Part shown: positions 11,061 to 23,400 of the stretch, one piece after another
Numbering within the stretch: the first letter of the stretch is position 1
Layout of the letters: the number at the start of each line of letters is the position of its first letter
NCBI GenBank assembly: GCA_964016885.1
Contig: OZ024744.1
Span: forward strand, 53,134,001 to 53,198,000
Direction of reading: 5' to 3'
Length of the DNA stretch: 64,000 bases
Source: Eledone cirrhosa
Taxonomy: Eukaryota
Made by a program: the position numbers and the translations under genes
The notes under the pieces: model-generated
What the model was told of the DNA's origin: nothing
Database searches by the model: none
Seen by the model: the letters and a program-made list of their open reading frames with translations, nothing else

Positions 11061-13059
11061 TTACCTTACTTCTCGTAGGGGAAGGACGGTTTTTCCATCC
11101 TTTTCTCTGCTTGTGGCCTCCTCAGGAAGGATGTCCTTATAAATCCTCCTGGAGAGTGCTTGTCGGAAGTCTCCGATGTCTTTGGGGAATTTTTGTTTTA
11201 GTGTCATGTACGTTTTCTGTGTGATGCGAGTGATTTGTATGTGTGGAGGTGGTGTGAATTTTGGGGTTGTTGTGTAGTCTTTTTCTGTGATGCTGGTGTT
11301 GTGTTGGATGTAGTGCAATAATTGCTTGTTGTTCAAATTTAATGCTGTGTAGTGTGTATCGTTTTGGTTGTTTTGTTTTGTTTGCGTTTGTTGTGGGTTT
11401 GTTTCTGTTTCGCCTTTTGGTGACTTTTGTGGTGTAGGTGGTGATGGTGGTGTTGGAGTTAATGATGGTGATGGTGTTGGTGTTTGTGTTGATGGGGTTG
11501 GTGATGCTGGTGTGGATGGTGGCATATCTGTCCTAACTTTTTTGTTTCTTAGTTTATTTGTTCCCTCTGTATTTTGTTTTTGGAGGGGGAAGGAAGAGAA
11601 TTTTTTCTTTTTTGGTTTCTTTTTTTTTTTCCGGATATCGTTTCCCACTCCTCGTCGTCACAATCTGTCTCCAGTTGTGATAGGCCGGGGAGTGGAAAAT
11701 CCTCCACAGCCGTTAGTTTTGGTTGTGGTGTGGTGGATGGTGTAGGCGCTGGTGCTAGTTCTGAAGCGTTGGGTGGTGGTGGTGTTGGTTTTGCTGGTGG
11801 TGGTAGTGGTGTTAGTTTTGCTACTGTTGCTGGGGTTGTTGCTGTTATAGTTGCTTCTGTTGTTGCTGCTACAGTTGTTGCTGGCATCTCTGCTACTGGT
11901 GGTGTTGATGGTTGTGTCATTGGGGTGGGTAGGAGAGGTGGTCTCAACCTTTTAGCCTGAGGGCAGAAAGCCCTTAGGTGGGTTCCTTCACCACAAACGA
12001 CACACCTAGGTCTTCTGCCCTCGACAATTACCGTGAGGTGTCTGCCGTCAGTGAGGTCTATTACCTCTGGGATCTCTTCAATGCTTTTTTGGTCCGCTTG
12101 GATCAGGAGCTCCATCCCAGATCCGGACCAGTTTTCCTGCTTTTCTTTTGCTATTGCTATTATTTTCGTGTTGGTTTCGATGCCGGCGAGGACAGCCGCT
12201 ATTAGCCAGGGAATTTCGATGGCCGGTGGAACGTGGGTCACCCTGATCTTTACGAATCTCTGGCCACAATAGCTTGGGACGAGTGTGAAGTCGTCACTTT
12301 TTAATGGGGCCATGGAGTGTTCTCTAGCCTCCTCTGGTGTTTCAAAGAACACATCCACGGTTCCATACTTTTGCCCACGTCTGATGTGGGTTTTTCTTGC
12401 CCACACATGTCCCAAAGCTTTTTAGATTTGGGACTCGGATGCCCGTTCCACTCGGCGCGATTTTACATTTATTGTTCTATACGACACGGTACATAGGCGC
12501 TGATGCTCCATTTTATTAGGTGGGGGGTGGGGGTGAGGCTGACCCTGTACCCATCTTTCTTTACCATTTGTTTGGCATTTTCTAAATCCTCTTGAGTTAC
12601 CGTGAACGCTTCGAATTGTTTTGCTACGATGGCGAAACTGAGGGTCGGTTTTATAATGTCATTGTTGTTGTTGCTATCGTTATTTGTGTTAATATTAATT
12701 TTAGTTTCAGTTGTGGTGGTGGTGACGTCAGTCGTCTTTGGTGCGGAAGAGTCCATTTTGCTTGATTTCATTTCGACATCACGAGTTAATTTATTTTTTT
12801 CTTCTTTTGTTTCTGTTGTCGCGGTGGTGGTGGGGGTGGTGGTTGTCGCGGTGGTAGTGGTGGTGGAGGCTTTAACACCTGCAGTCATTGGTAATGGCGG
12901 GAAATGAATGTCTGCCTGAGACAAATTTAAAATATTGCTACTGGTTATATTTTTTTTTGTGTTGGCAAACGTAGTAACATTTACAATGGTGGTGTCGGTG
13001 TGAGGTGTTATTTTGTGAGGAAGGCTTTCAGCTGCTTCGTGCAGATGGGAATTAGCCAT
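11061..13059 (-). pseudogene. Tx1 ORF1, frameshifted
   Basis: ORFs 12469..13059, 11549..12415 (CVVCGEGTHLRAFC) and 11061..11648. Confidence 0.88.
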
Positions 13060-13267
13060 TTTTTTTCAAAGAAATTTTTGGATAATAATAAAAGTTAAAA
13101 TTTTGGGCACAAGGCCCCAATCTCTTTGGGTGTCCTTTTCGGAAAACAATGTATGTGTGCTTATAAACAGTTAACAATAAAATTTTCCATAAATGGCAAT
13201 TTTTAACTAACGGAAATAACAAACCTTTGCGGAGCTCACGATGATACGATTTACTACGTAGGTCACC

Positions 13268-13307
<40 letters not shown>
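13268..13307. repeat. (AAT)n junction tract
   Basis: About 13 AAT units between the Tx1 C 5' end and a Dong element. Confidence 0.95.
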
Positions 13308-13310
<3 letters not shown>

Positions 13311-15690
13311 TTGGATAAATGCCTTCACAGAGTCTCATGAGCTGTTAGCCCAACTTTACAATGAAATAGTTAAGGTGCCAGAAAAGATACCTTCATGGCT
13401 AGTTAACGGCATTACATTCCTGCTTCCGAAGAATGATGAGACAAACAATCCTAAAAATTACAGACCGATAACTTGCTTGACCACAATGTATAAAATTTTA
13501 ACATCAGTCCTAACTGAATACACATATGACCACCTGATAACAAATGACCTATTTCCCATTGAGCAGAAAGGGTGTAAACGAGGCTCATATGGCTGTAAGG
13601 AACAGATTTTGGTTAACAAAATGATACTGGAAGATTGTCATAATAGACACAAAAATCTATCAATTGCTTGGATAGATTATAAAAAAGCATTCGATAGTTT
13701 GCCACACAGTTGGATTGAAAAATGTTTAGAGATTTTCAAAATATCTCCCGTTGTCAGGAGGTTCCTGTCATTCAGTATGAAGACATGGAAAACGACACTC
13801 CTTTTGAATAGGGAAAAAAAATCACTGGAAGATGGAGAAGTTAATATTAATTGTGGAATTTTTCAGGGTGACTCTTTATCACCGCTTTTATTCTGCATCG
13901 CACTTATACCATTAAGTAAAATGCTCAATGAAACAAAACATGGATATAAATTCAATGACAAAACCATTAATCACTTGTTCTACATGGATGACCTGAAACT
14001 ATTTGCAGAAAATGATGAACAATTGCAAGGGCTATTATCCACTGTGAAGCAGTTCAGTGATGACATTAAAATGGAGTTTGGACTAGATAAATGCGCCAAA
14101 GCAACGTTCACCAGAGGAAAGCTGTTGAAGAGTTCAGACATTAATCTTGATCGGGGGAACGTGATAAGAGAACTTGATCAAGAAAAAACCTACAAATATC
14201 TAGGTGTTTGTGAAGGAGACAGAATCAAGCACTCAACAATGAGGGAAAGGATAAGGAAGGAATGTTACCGCAGAGTAAGAGCAATCTTAAGAACGGAATT
14301 GAATGCAAGGAATAGGATCGATGCTATAAACACGCTTGCCATACCAGTAGTAACCTACAGTTACAATGTCATCAACTGGTCAAGCACAGAGATCCGTAGG
14401 CTCGATACAAAAATTAGAAAATTCTTAACCATGCACAGAATGCATCACCCTAAGGCAGATATAGATAGAATATATCTCCCTAGGAAAGAAGGAGGACGTG
14501 GGTTAATCCAGTTAGACATTGCGTTGAAAACTGCAACAATTGGATTATCTACATATCTAAGGGAATCACATGATTGGATGATCAAACTCGTTTTGAAACA
14601 CGAAAGCATCAAAAGATCATATTCCATTACAAAAGATGCACAAAGATACAGTAATGGACTACAAATTTCAGAAGTCCCATTTACTGCTGAAATGGAAAAC
14701 ACAGAATAAGCAAAGCAGGTAAAAGTAACTGCAAAGAAAGAACTGCTACAGAAACTGGCTAAGAAATGGCAAGAAAAGCCTCTGTATGGAAAATACCCAG
14801 AGCGAGCTAACAATCCTGATGTTGACAAAACTTTAACCCATCAGTGGTTGGCATCCTCTGGACTGAAATCGGAGACTGAAGGACTGATTATATCGGCACA
14901 AGATCAGTGTCTGCCAACAAAAAATTACCAAGCCAACATAATAAAAAATGGGTGCAGCCCATTATGCCGTGTATGCAAAAAACAACCAGAGACCATTGAC
15001 CATATAATTTCAATGTGCAGTCCTATAGCTCCAACCGAACACCTAAACAGGCATGACAGAGCTGCACAATACATACATTGGATAATGTGTAAGCATTTTG
15101 ACCTGCCCCATCAAAAGAATTGGTGGGAGCATCAACCACCTCTAATACTTGAAAAAGATCACATCTCAATCTTGTGGAACTTTAGCATCCAAACAGACCG
15201 AAAAATAGATGCAAACAGACCTGATATAATATTGAAGGACTTTCAAAAGAGGGTATGCCTGCTAATTGATATGTCTGTTCCAATAGACAAGAATGTATCT
15301 ATAAAAACATTTGAAAAATTGAGCAAGTATAAGGACCTGGAGATAGAAATTGGAAAAATGTGGAAATTGAGAACTAAAACAATACCAGTGGTTGTAGGCG
15401 CTCTGGGAATGATACCTAAGGGGTCTAATGATTACTTATCGCAAATCCCAGGAAATCCGCGTATAGGAGAAATATTAAAGATAGTACTAATGGGAACGGC
15501 CCATATACTAAGGAAGATTCTGTCAATATAAGTACATCACAAGTCTAAACACTAAAGATGCATGTGTGAATATGTATGTTCCTTCTTGAACATGGCGGAC
15601 CTTGTTGTCTCTTGAGGTCACTGGTTGTGACTTGGTGATAACTCGTATGAAAATAAAGCAAGATAAATGCAACTGTAATAATAATAATAA
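13308..15690 (+). mobile_element. R4/Dong-type non-LTR retrotransposon, 5'-truncated, with (TAA)n tail
   Basis: RT (YRPITCL, IDYKKAFDS, GIFQGDSLSP, YMDD), then CRVC..ETIDHIISMC, RHD, RPD..D..K and KY.DL motifs of a restriction-like endonuclease. One stop at 14709. Confidence 0.92.
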
Positions 15691-15700
15691 TTAGTAATAA

Positions 15701-16291
15701 GCCTGGAGACATGATGTGATGGGCAGGGTGATCCACTGGCACCTATGCAAAGTAAACAATTTACCACATTCTTAGAAGTGGTTTGAGCATAAGCCAGAGT
15801 CGGTGATAGAAAACGATCAGGTGAAGGTGCTATGGGATTTTAGGATACAGACGGACAAGAAACTGGAACACAATAGACCTGACCTGGTGGTTTTGGACAC
15901 AGAAAAAAGATCGTGCCTGATTGTGGATGTGGCCTGCCCATTCGACACGAGAGTGCAAGAGAAGGAGAGGGAGATAATTAACCGATACCAGGACTTAAAG
16001 TGGGAGGTAAAAAGGATTTGGAACTGCCATGAAGTCAAAGTGATCCCGATTGTCATAGGCGCACTAGGTACTATCTCAAAAAGTTTCTAGGGATGTTTAA
16101 ATAAAATTGGCCCCGCCCCGTTTTTGGAACACTTCAAAAGGCATGCTTGCTGGGAACAAAAGAATGCTCCGATACGTCCTGAATATCTGAGGCTGCTGGT
16201 AGTGGCTTGATATTCATTTCAACAAACTTTCCAGTTAACTAACATCAATGACTGAGACTCAAAGAACAATAATAATAATAATAGTAATAAT
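15701..16291 (+). mobile_element. Second R4/Dong family, 3' fragment (endonuclease + 3'UTR + (AAT)n)
   Basis: LWDFRIQTD..HNRPDLV..IVDVACP..RYQDL..VIPIVIGALG. Confidence 0.85.
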
Positions 16292-19200
16292 GATTTCTTT
16301 ATTGGCCACAAGGGCTGACATCAAGAAAAACATTACAGACGGCACAGGACGGTACGATGTGGGTTTTGTGCGTGTAAATATTTTTATTATTTATATAATA
16401 AAAGAAAAAAAGACATAGAAACATATATATATATATAAACAATAAAAATGAAATTTGAAACAATGAAAAATTCCCCAATAGGGGGGAAACCTCCGAGGGT
16501 TACTCGTGGCGAAAACCACACAAAAGCCACCCTGACCACCAGGGCAAGCGCCCTCTCTTAATTTTTCCATCTCTCAAACTACAGACGTATATTCAGAGAG
16601 GTACTATTCACTCGGACCATTCTCGCTACATTCACCCACCTTTCAACAAACTTGCTAGAAGGCAGCACTTGCCTCTCCACCCTAATTTTCCTCTTCAAGT
16701 GAAACTTGAAAAAGTTAATTAGGGATTCGCCGAAGAGGAAAGTGTTTGTCTTTAACCCTTTCAACCTTGTCCAGCACACAATCTCTTTAGCCATGGCCAC
16801 CAGGCAGATGAAATCCGCCTGCCCTTCCTCCTCGAAGGAAGACGGCGAGACAATCTGCACAATGGACTCAGTCGACAACCGGATCAGTCCTACACGCGAC
16901 AGCAACTGTTCGACATATCTTTACAAGTCAGCAATGCTCGGGAACTGAACGAGTGCATGCACGACGGTTTCGTCGCTCTGCACGCATTCAGGACAGGCTC
17001 GGCTGACTGCACTTCCGTGCCTGTAGATCTTATCTCGAACCGCCAGCGCTGCCCGGTAGCAGTGCCAGGCCAGTTCACAGTCAAGGAAGCACCAGAGATG
17101 TCGCAGTCTCAGCGCATCTTTGCGCATCATCAGCCATGGCACGTCCGGTCCTCCACGCAACGGGTGTTGACAGCAGATGGATCGTCTGACCATGGGAGCG
17201 CGTTCCTTCCACAAAAAGCGGAAATGGAGTCGCTACATTTTTGTGAGAGTTGGGCCGGGGCAAGGGACGACGGTGAGGCGGTAGCAGATGACGATGTACG
17301 CATTCGCCACCTCTGCCCGGCCTTTCAGGGACAGCTTCCTCTCGGCCCATTTCTGGGTGAGGGAGGGAACCTTGCTCATCACCTCGTTCCAGTTTTTCTC
17401 CATCTGGAGATCCGGTCCGAAGCAGACCCCGAGCAATTTAACCGGTCTGTCCGTCCAACGCCCCGCGACGCTGTCGGACGGCATGGACTTGCCTGTCCAG
17501 GTACCGAGCTACAAGCCCACAGACATTTCCTGGTTTATCTTTGCGCCTGTCACGGCTTCGTATTGCTTGAGAGCGGTGCCGAGTATCTGGACGTGTCTGG
17601 TGCTCGACACCACCACGGTGACGTCATCGGCATAAGCCGACTCGGATTTCCCGCATCCTAGTTCGTGTGGGACGCCCATCATCGCTCCCAGTTTGTGCAG
17701 TAACGGCTCGAGTGCCAATACGTACAAGAGGGACGAGAGGGGACAACCCTGGCGGACAGAGCGCATGACAGGTGACCGTTCACCCTCACATCTGAGCAGA
17801 TGTCGCTGTACATCTCAGCGATCCAACCTCTGAAAACGGGCTGCCTCGAGGACCGCCGCCAGGTACCGATGGTCGACCCTATCGAATGCTTTGGATTGAT
17901 CCAAGTTGATCAGGGTTCCACCCGTTCCAGGTTCCTTAGCCACCCTCTCTATAATGTATCGCATGAGATGGAGGTTGTCGGGTATGGATCTGTCCGGAAT
18001 GGCGCATGTCAGCACCGTCCCACCAGACCCTTGACGACAAGCGCAAACCTTGGCTAAAATCTAGAATTCTGCGTTTAGCAGAGTTATGGGCCTGAAATTA
18101 TCGATAACATCCACCTTGTTCGGGACTTTTCTCAGCAGCGCCACCGTTCCCGGGCTCACAAAACTGACAATGCTCCCGTTCTGCTGCCAGTTGCAGTAGA
18201 CGTCTGTCAAGAGGTCACCGAACAAGACTGGCATAAATGCATAAAGCTCGTAGGGCAGACCATCAAATCTGGCGATTTACCCCTCGTGCAGTTAGCCATC
18301 GCTTCTCGTATTTCACCGGCTATAATTGGCTATTCGCAACACTGTTCTGATTAGGTATCCCCCTACTCTATTTTCCTCTATCACTGCTCCTTTGCTAAAC
18401 CTAATCGACTCTACTTTAATTGCCCTTTTCAGGGCGAACCACTACTTGTTGTTGACGACCGCTCCCGTCAACGCCCGCTTAACTAATACGCTATTCCAAT
18501 CTCTGTAGGCTTTGCGTGCCGGGAAAGACAGGTTCAGCTTCCAGTAACCGGGCCCTTGTCTATGAAGTTTGTATATGGCGATCTATGAAGTTTGTATAAG
18601 TGTAGTCGACTGTTTTAAATTGTGGACAACTTATACTAGCCTTATCTAGTTCTCTGCAGAATACCCTATCGAGATACGATCTGGATGACCCGATGCTGTT
18701 TGTCCATGTTCACATTGGCACATTCGGGTGATCCACTCGATACCTGTCAGACAGTTCAAAACGTCTGAGCAGGTTAGTGAGACTCTTGCACTCTCATTCC
18801 CTATCCACTAGCCACACACACTCCCAGCGTGCATCCAAGATACCGTTCCAGTCGCCCACTAACACTAAAGAGCGGGACGTTCCAAGAAAGGTCTCTAGAC
18901 GTCTGAAAAAATCTGGCCGTCCTGCTCCTGTTGGGGCGTAGACGGCTACTAGCCTGAAAGCATTGCCTTCTCTGCCGGTCACGTCCAGCACCACCGACTT
19001 ACCTTCTGGGTCTAGGAAGATGGTCCGAAAAAGGACGGCAACCCCTCCCCCGATCCTGAACGGCTGGGAGATGCGTATACATCGTAGCCGCCGAAGATTG
19101 GTGCGAAGGCTTGTGCTTCGGAGATTCTGGTTTCACTGATGGCCACCACATCTATGTTTAGTGACCTGAGCTCGTTGAGCAGGTGACCCTGCTTGCAAGA

Positions 19201-20437
19201 TGACCCCAGGCCACGTGCATTTATACTGCCTATTCTGAGTACGGCCATGTTGGATGAGAAACGGGGAAAGTGAGAAAGGCTCACTTACCTTGTTCGTGTG
19301 GTGAAGGGACAGTAGAACCGTCCCTTTCGCTGGTCATGGGTGTTTCCAAGAGGATGTCAGTGTATATCCTCCTGGTAACCGACCCTCTGAAGTCTCCAAC
19401 TGCGTTGGGGAATTTTTGTTTTAAAGGTTTGTACTGTTCTATTGAGATTTCAATGATGTTTATGTTTGTCGGGAGAGTTCTTGGTGTTGGTGGGGTGCAG
19501 TAGTTTTTTTCTGTGATGTCTGTGTGTTGCTTTATATATTGTACGAGTTCTTTTTTTGCCATGTTTATGGCTGTGTACTTTTTTGGGGGAGGGGTGATTT
19601 TGTTGCTGTTTTCTTCTTGCTGCTGTTTGGTGTGTGTGTCTTGTTGTGTTTGCGTTGTTGGTGTTTTTGGTGATGCTGCTGGTGGTGGTGTGGTTGTTGT
19701 TGGCGGTGGTGCTTGTGGTGGTGATCGTGACGGTGGTGGTGTTGCTGCAAGTTTTCTTGCTGCCTTTACCCCTCTTTGTGTGCCTTCGCTTTTGGAGGTT
19801 AAATCTAAGGGTTTTTTGTTTTTTCGTTTTTTTTTGTGACAGACCGTTTGCAACTTCACTCTCGCCTCAAGCTCCATGTCGGATTCCGTAGCGTCTGGGA
19901 GGGGTATGTGCTCCACGGCTGTTGGTGGTGGTAGTGGAGCCCTCTTCGGCAATTTTGTTGCTGGTGTAGCTACTTCAAATGTAGCTATTGGTGTTGCCGC
20001 CACTGATGCTGCTGCTTTAGTTGTCCGTGGCCTTGGTACGGGTGCCACGGACGGTGCTCTCCTACTCACCGTGGAAGGGGCTTCTGCGTTTGTTGCCTGC
20101 CCTGCTCTTGATAGCAGCGGACCAAGTATTGGAAGGAGAGGGGCCTTCTTCTTCGCTGTTTTCTGCGGGCAAAAGGCCCTGAGGTGACCCTTTGACCCAC
20201 AGAGATAACATTTTGGCCGTCTTCCTTCTACGCTTATAGGGAGTTGGAGTCCTTCCTCGAGGTCTACGATATCGGGGATAGCCTCGATACATTCCTGGTC
20301 AGTTTGTATAAGCATTTGCATGCCTATACCTGACCAGTTCTCTCTCCCTATTTTCTCTACTGTGGCGTACTTTCTGCCTTGGGTGATGTGGGTTTTGCGT
20401 GCCCAGACGCACCCCAAGGCCTTTTGGATTTGAGCCT
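16292..20437 (-). mobile_element. Tx1 copy D (B/D subfamily), 5'-truncated in ORF1, multiple internal deletions
   Basis: ORF1 19281..20417 (CYLCGSKGHLRAFC), ORF2 ATG 19248 with APE/RT fragments, and a 3'UTR ending in CCCTTGTGGCCAATAAAGAAATC + (ATT)n. Confidence 0.9.
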
Positions 20438-20459
20438 ATAATAATAATAATAATAATAA

Positions 20460-23400
20460 GGGAAGAGGACGCACGTGGTGGATAGAATGTTATATAATCG
20501 CTCCCGTAAGTTTTTGATTTTTAACATATTTAAAACAATTGTGATATAACAATTCTTAGTATAAATGAGACATAAAGCGCCAGACTCTACTCTCAGAAAA
20601 TTCGGTCCATAATAACCTGTTATATCGCTCAATTATTCAATTTTGTATTATAAATTTCATATTCAAAAAAGAAAATGGTTAAAAATGGAAGAAAATCCCC
20701 TCTGTCTACACTATATAGAACAGCCAAATAACAGCAATTTCAGCAACGCCACAAACTAGATACACTACCTATCCCATCACCCGTCTGTGTACAGTAAATA
20801 CAACAGCCAGATAACGGCAATTTCACCACCACCACCACCAATCTCAGCATAATAATAATAATTACTATTATTGTATCTCAAGTTTTCCCAAAATGTTTAA
20901 TTCAAATATTAAGGAAATTTGTCAACACATATATTGAACATACGCGACAAACCGCATAGATACACAGATCAAACAAACGCATACTACTACAGTCTATTCA
21001 ACAAAACTCAGTAACGACAACGGCATCACTATAGTCACCGCCGCCACCACTCCATCATTGCTACCACTATCCCATCACTACAGTCACCGCCGCCACCACA
21101 CCATCATTGATACCACTTTCCCACCACCGCCGCCACCACTCCATCATTGCTACCACCACTATTCCCCCACTACCTTCTGTAAACTTAAGAAAGGGGAAGG
21201 TGACGGTATCACTAGACAAGGGAGAGGCTAACAAAAGATATAAATAGACTGACTTAGTGACCCGGTCAATGTCAACGACTATGGCACTGCTGGCTCTGCC
21301 CTTCCCCACCAACAATAGAAAAAGCCCCAGCACCACCAACGATATAGCCAACAACAATAACAGGCAACTTCAACAAAAAGTATATTATATTATTAATAAT
21401 AATTTCATTCTTAAGCCACGCAATGCTCACATTAAAGAACCACTCATGATAATAACAATTTAAAAAAAACAACAAAAAAGAAAACCCGTGACCAAGAAAT
21501 ACCGGGATGGCGGCCGGCGGGGAATAGCCGTGTCTCTAGGGGAGGACAACCCCTCTAGTCTTGATTGACACTCGTCCTAGAAGTGGTAACACGAAATGAT
21601 TACTCCTTGACGGTTAACGCTAAAACGCGACAAAATAAAGTAAATGTCAAATGATAAAATCTCATACCGGATCGGCCGTCACCCGGGTCAAAAAGGACCA
21701 GACTGGGGTCGAAAAATCAGCTTATGGTTCAAACCTTCCCATCACTTTGGAGCTGGAGACCTCCCATAATCGGAATACTCCTACTGTTGGCCCTCCATCC
21801 TCCCCATCAAGAAATCCAAAGAAAAAGAGAGATAAATGGTCAAGGGAAGACAATAAAGAAGTTCTTGAGGCTTTCTAGACTGCCATGTACTACCCATCAA
21901 ATAGATCGAATACAGAACAGACATATATCAACTGGAAAAAGAAACATCCCGAAAACAGAGGCTATATTGACAGTAATAAACTAGCTAATATACGAAGAAA
22001 TATTGTTAAAAAAAAGTTACTAACTGATATAGAAATTGATCAGATCAAGCAATTAGCACAAAGTCAGCGAAGGGAAAATGAAACATGTGTCAGTGAAAAC
22101 GAGGTAAACTGTAACACTTCGAATCGCAGGGTTGGGGCGGAATCACTGGCAACAGAACAAATTAAAGAAAGGATAAAAAAAGTGGAGGGAGTGCATGCTC
22201 ATAATGAAACTCAAAATGAAAACAATGAGATCGTAAATGATAAAGAAATGAATAAGAATGAACTTGCCAACTTGAAGGATGAAATTATGATCGATTGGGT
22301 GAAAATGAAAGAATCTGACATGGGGCAACGAGACACCCTCCCTAAGATGCAGAACTCCAAACAGAACCAAAAGATAATACACAAGACTAACATAATTCTC
22401 AAAAACATTATCATCACAAACAAACTAAACATTACTGATTTAAAACATCTCTACTATGCATCGGCTAAAGTCACCACTCACTTATGTGGAGTGAAAATGA
22501 AAAAACAAAGGAATTCCCACAAAAAATCTACTTGGCAAGAGAACATCAATCGCCTAATAAACCTTCTCCAATCTGACATAGAAATGTTAACAAACTACAA
22601 AGTAGGTGAACATGTTAAACAAACTAAACTTAGAAAATTGAAAAGAAAATACAGTATAAAATCAACAAGTGACATTGACATGCTGATAGAAATAATCAAG
22701 CAAAAAGTGTCGGCCAAAGCTGCTCGTATAAGGCGCTTTGAAAAACGATCTAGATTCTATAAGGACAATAATATGTTCAAAAACAACCAAACAAACTTCT
22801 ACAGAAAAATTGGCAAGTCAACAATAACTGCTAAATCAATGCCACCCAAGGAGGAAGTGCAAGAATTCTGGGAAAAGATCTGGGCCGAAGAAAAACTTCA
22901 TAATATACATGCCCTATGGATAGACAGATAAATGAAAGATACAACTGACTTTGAGTAACAAATATGGGAAAATATAACAGTTGAACAGTTGCGTTTGGCT
23001 CTTAGAAAAACCAGCAAATGGAAATCCCCAGGAAAAGACAAAATACCAAATTTTTGGATAAATGCCTTCACAGAGTCTCATGAGCTGTTAGCCCAACTTT
23101 ACAATGAAATAGTTAAGGAGCCAGAAAAGATACCTTCATGGCTAGTTAACGGCATTACATTCCTGCTTCCGAAGAATGGTGAGACAAACAATCCCAAAAA
23201 TTGAAGACCGATAACTTGCTTGACCACAATGTATAAAATATTAACATCAGTCCTTACTGAATATACATATGACCACCTGATAACAAATGACCTATTTCCT
23301 AATGAGCAGAAAGGGTGTAAAGGAGGCTCATATGGCTGTAAGGAACAGATTTTGGTTAACAAAATGATACTGGAAGATTGTCATAATAGACACAAAAATC

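Larger units (their letters stand above)
7365..13267 (-). mobile_element. Tx1 copy C, full length (~5.9 kb)
   Basis: 5'UTR, ORF1, ORF2 and 3'UTR are all present. It is bounded by (AAT)n on both sides, and its 5' end matches copy E. Confidence 0.95.

Noticed and set aside
21030-21165. Three imperfect ~40-nt repeats (caccgccgccaccactccatcattg) as a CRISPR-like array
   Set aside because: Degenerate tandem repeat without unique spacers, in eukaryotic DNA with no cas genes.
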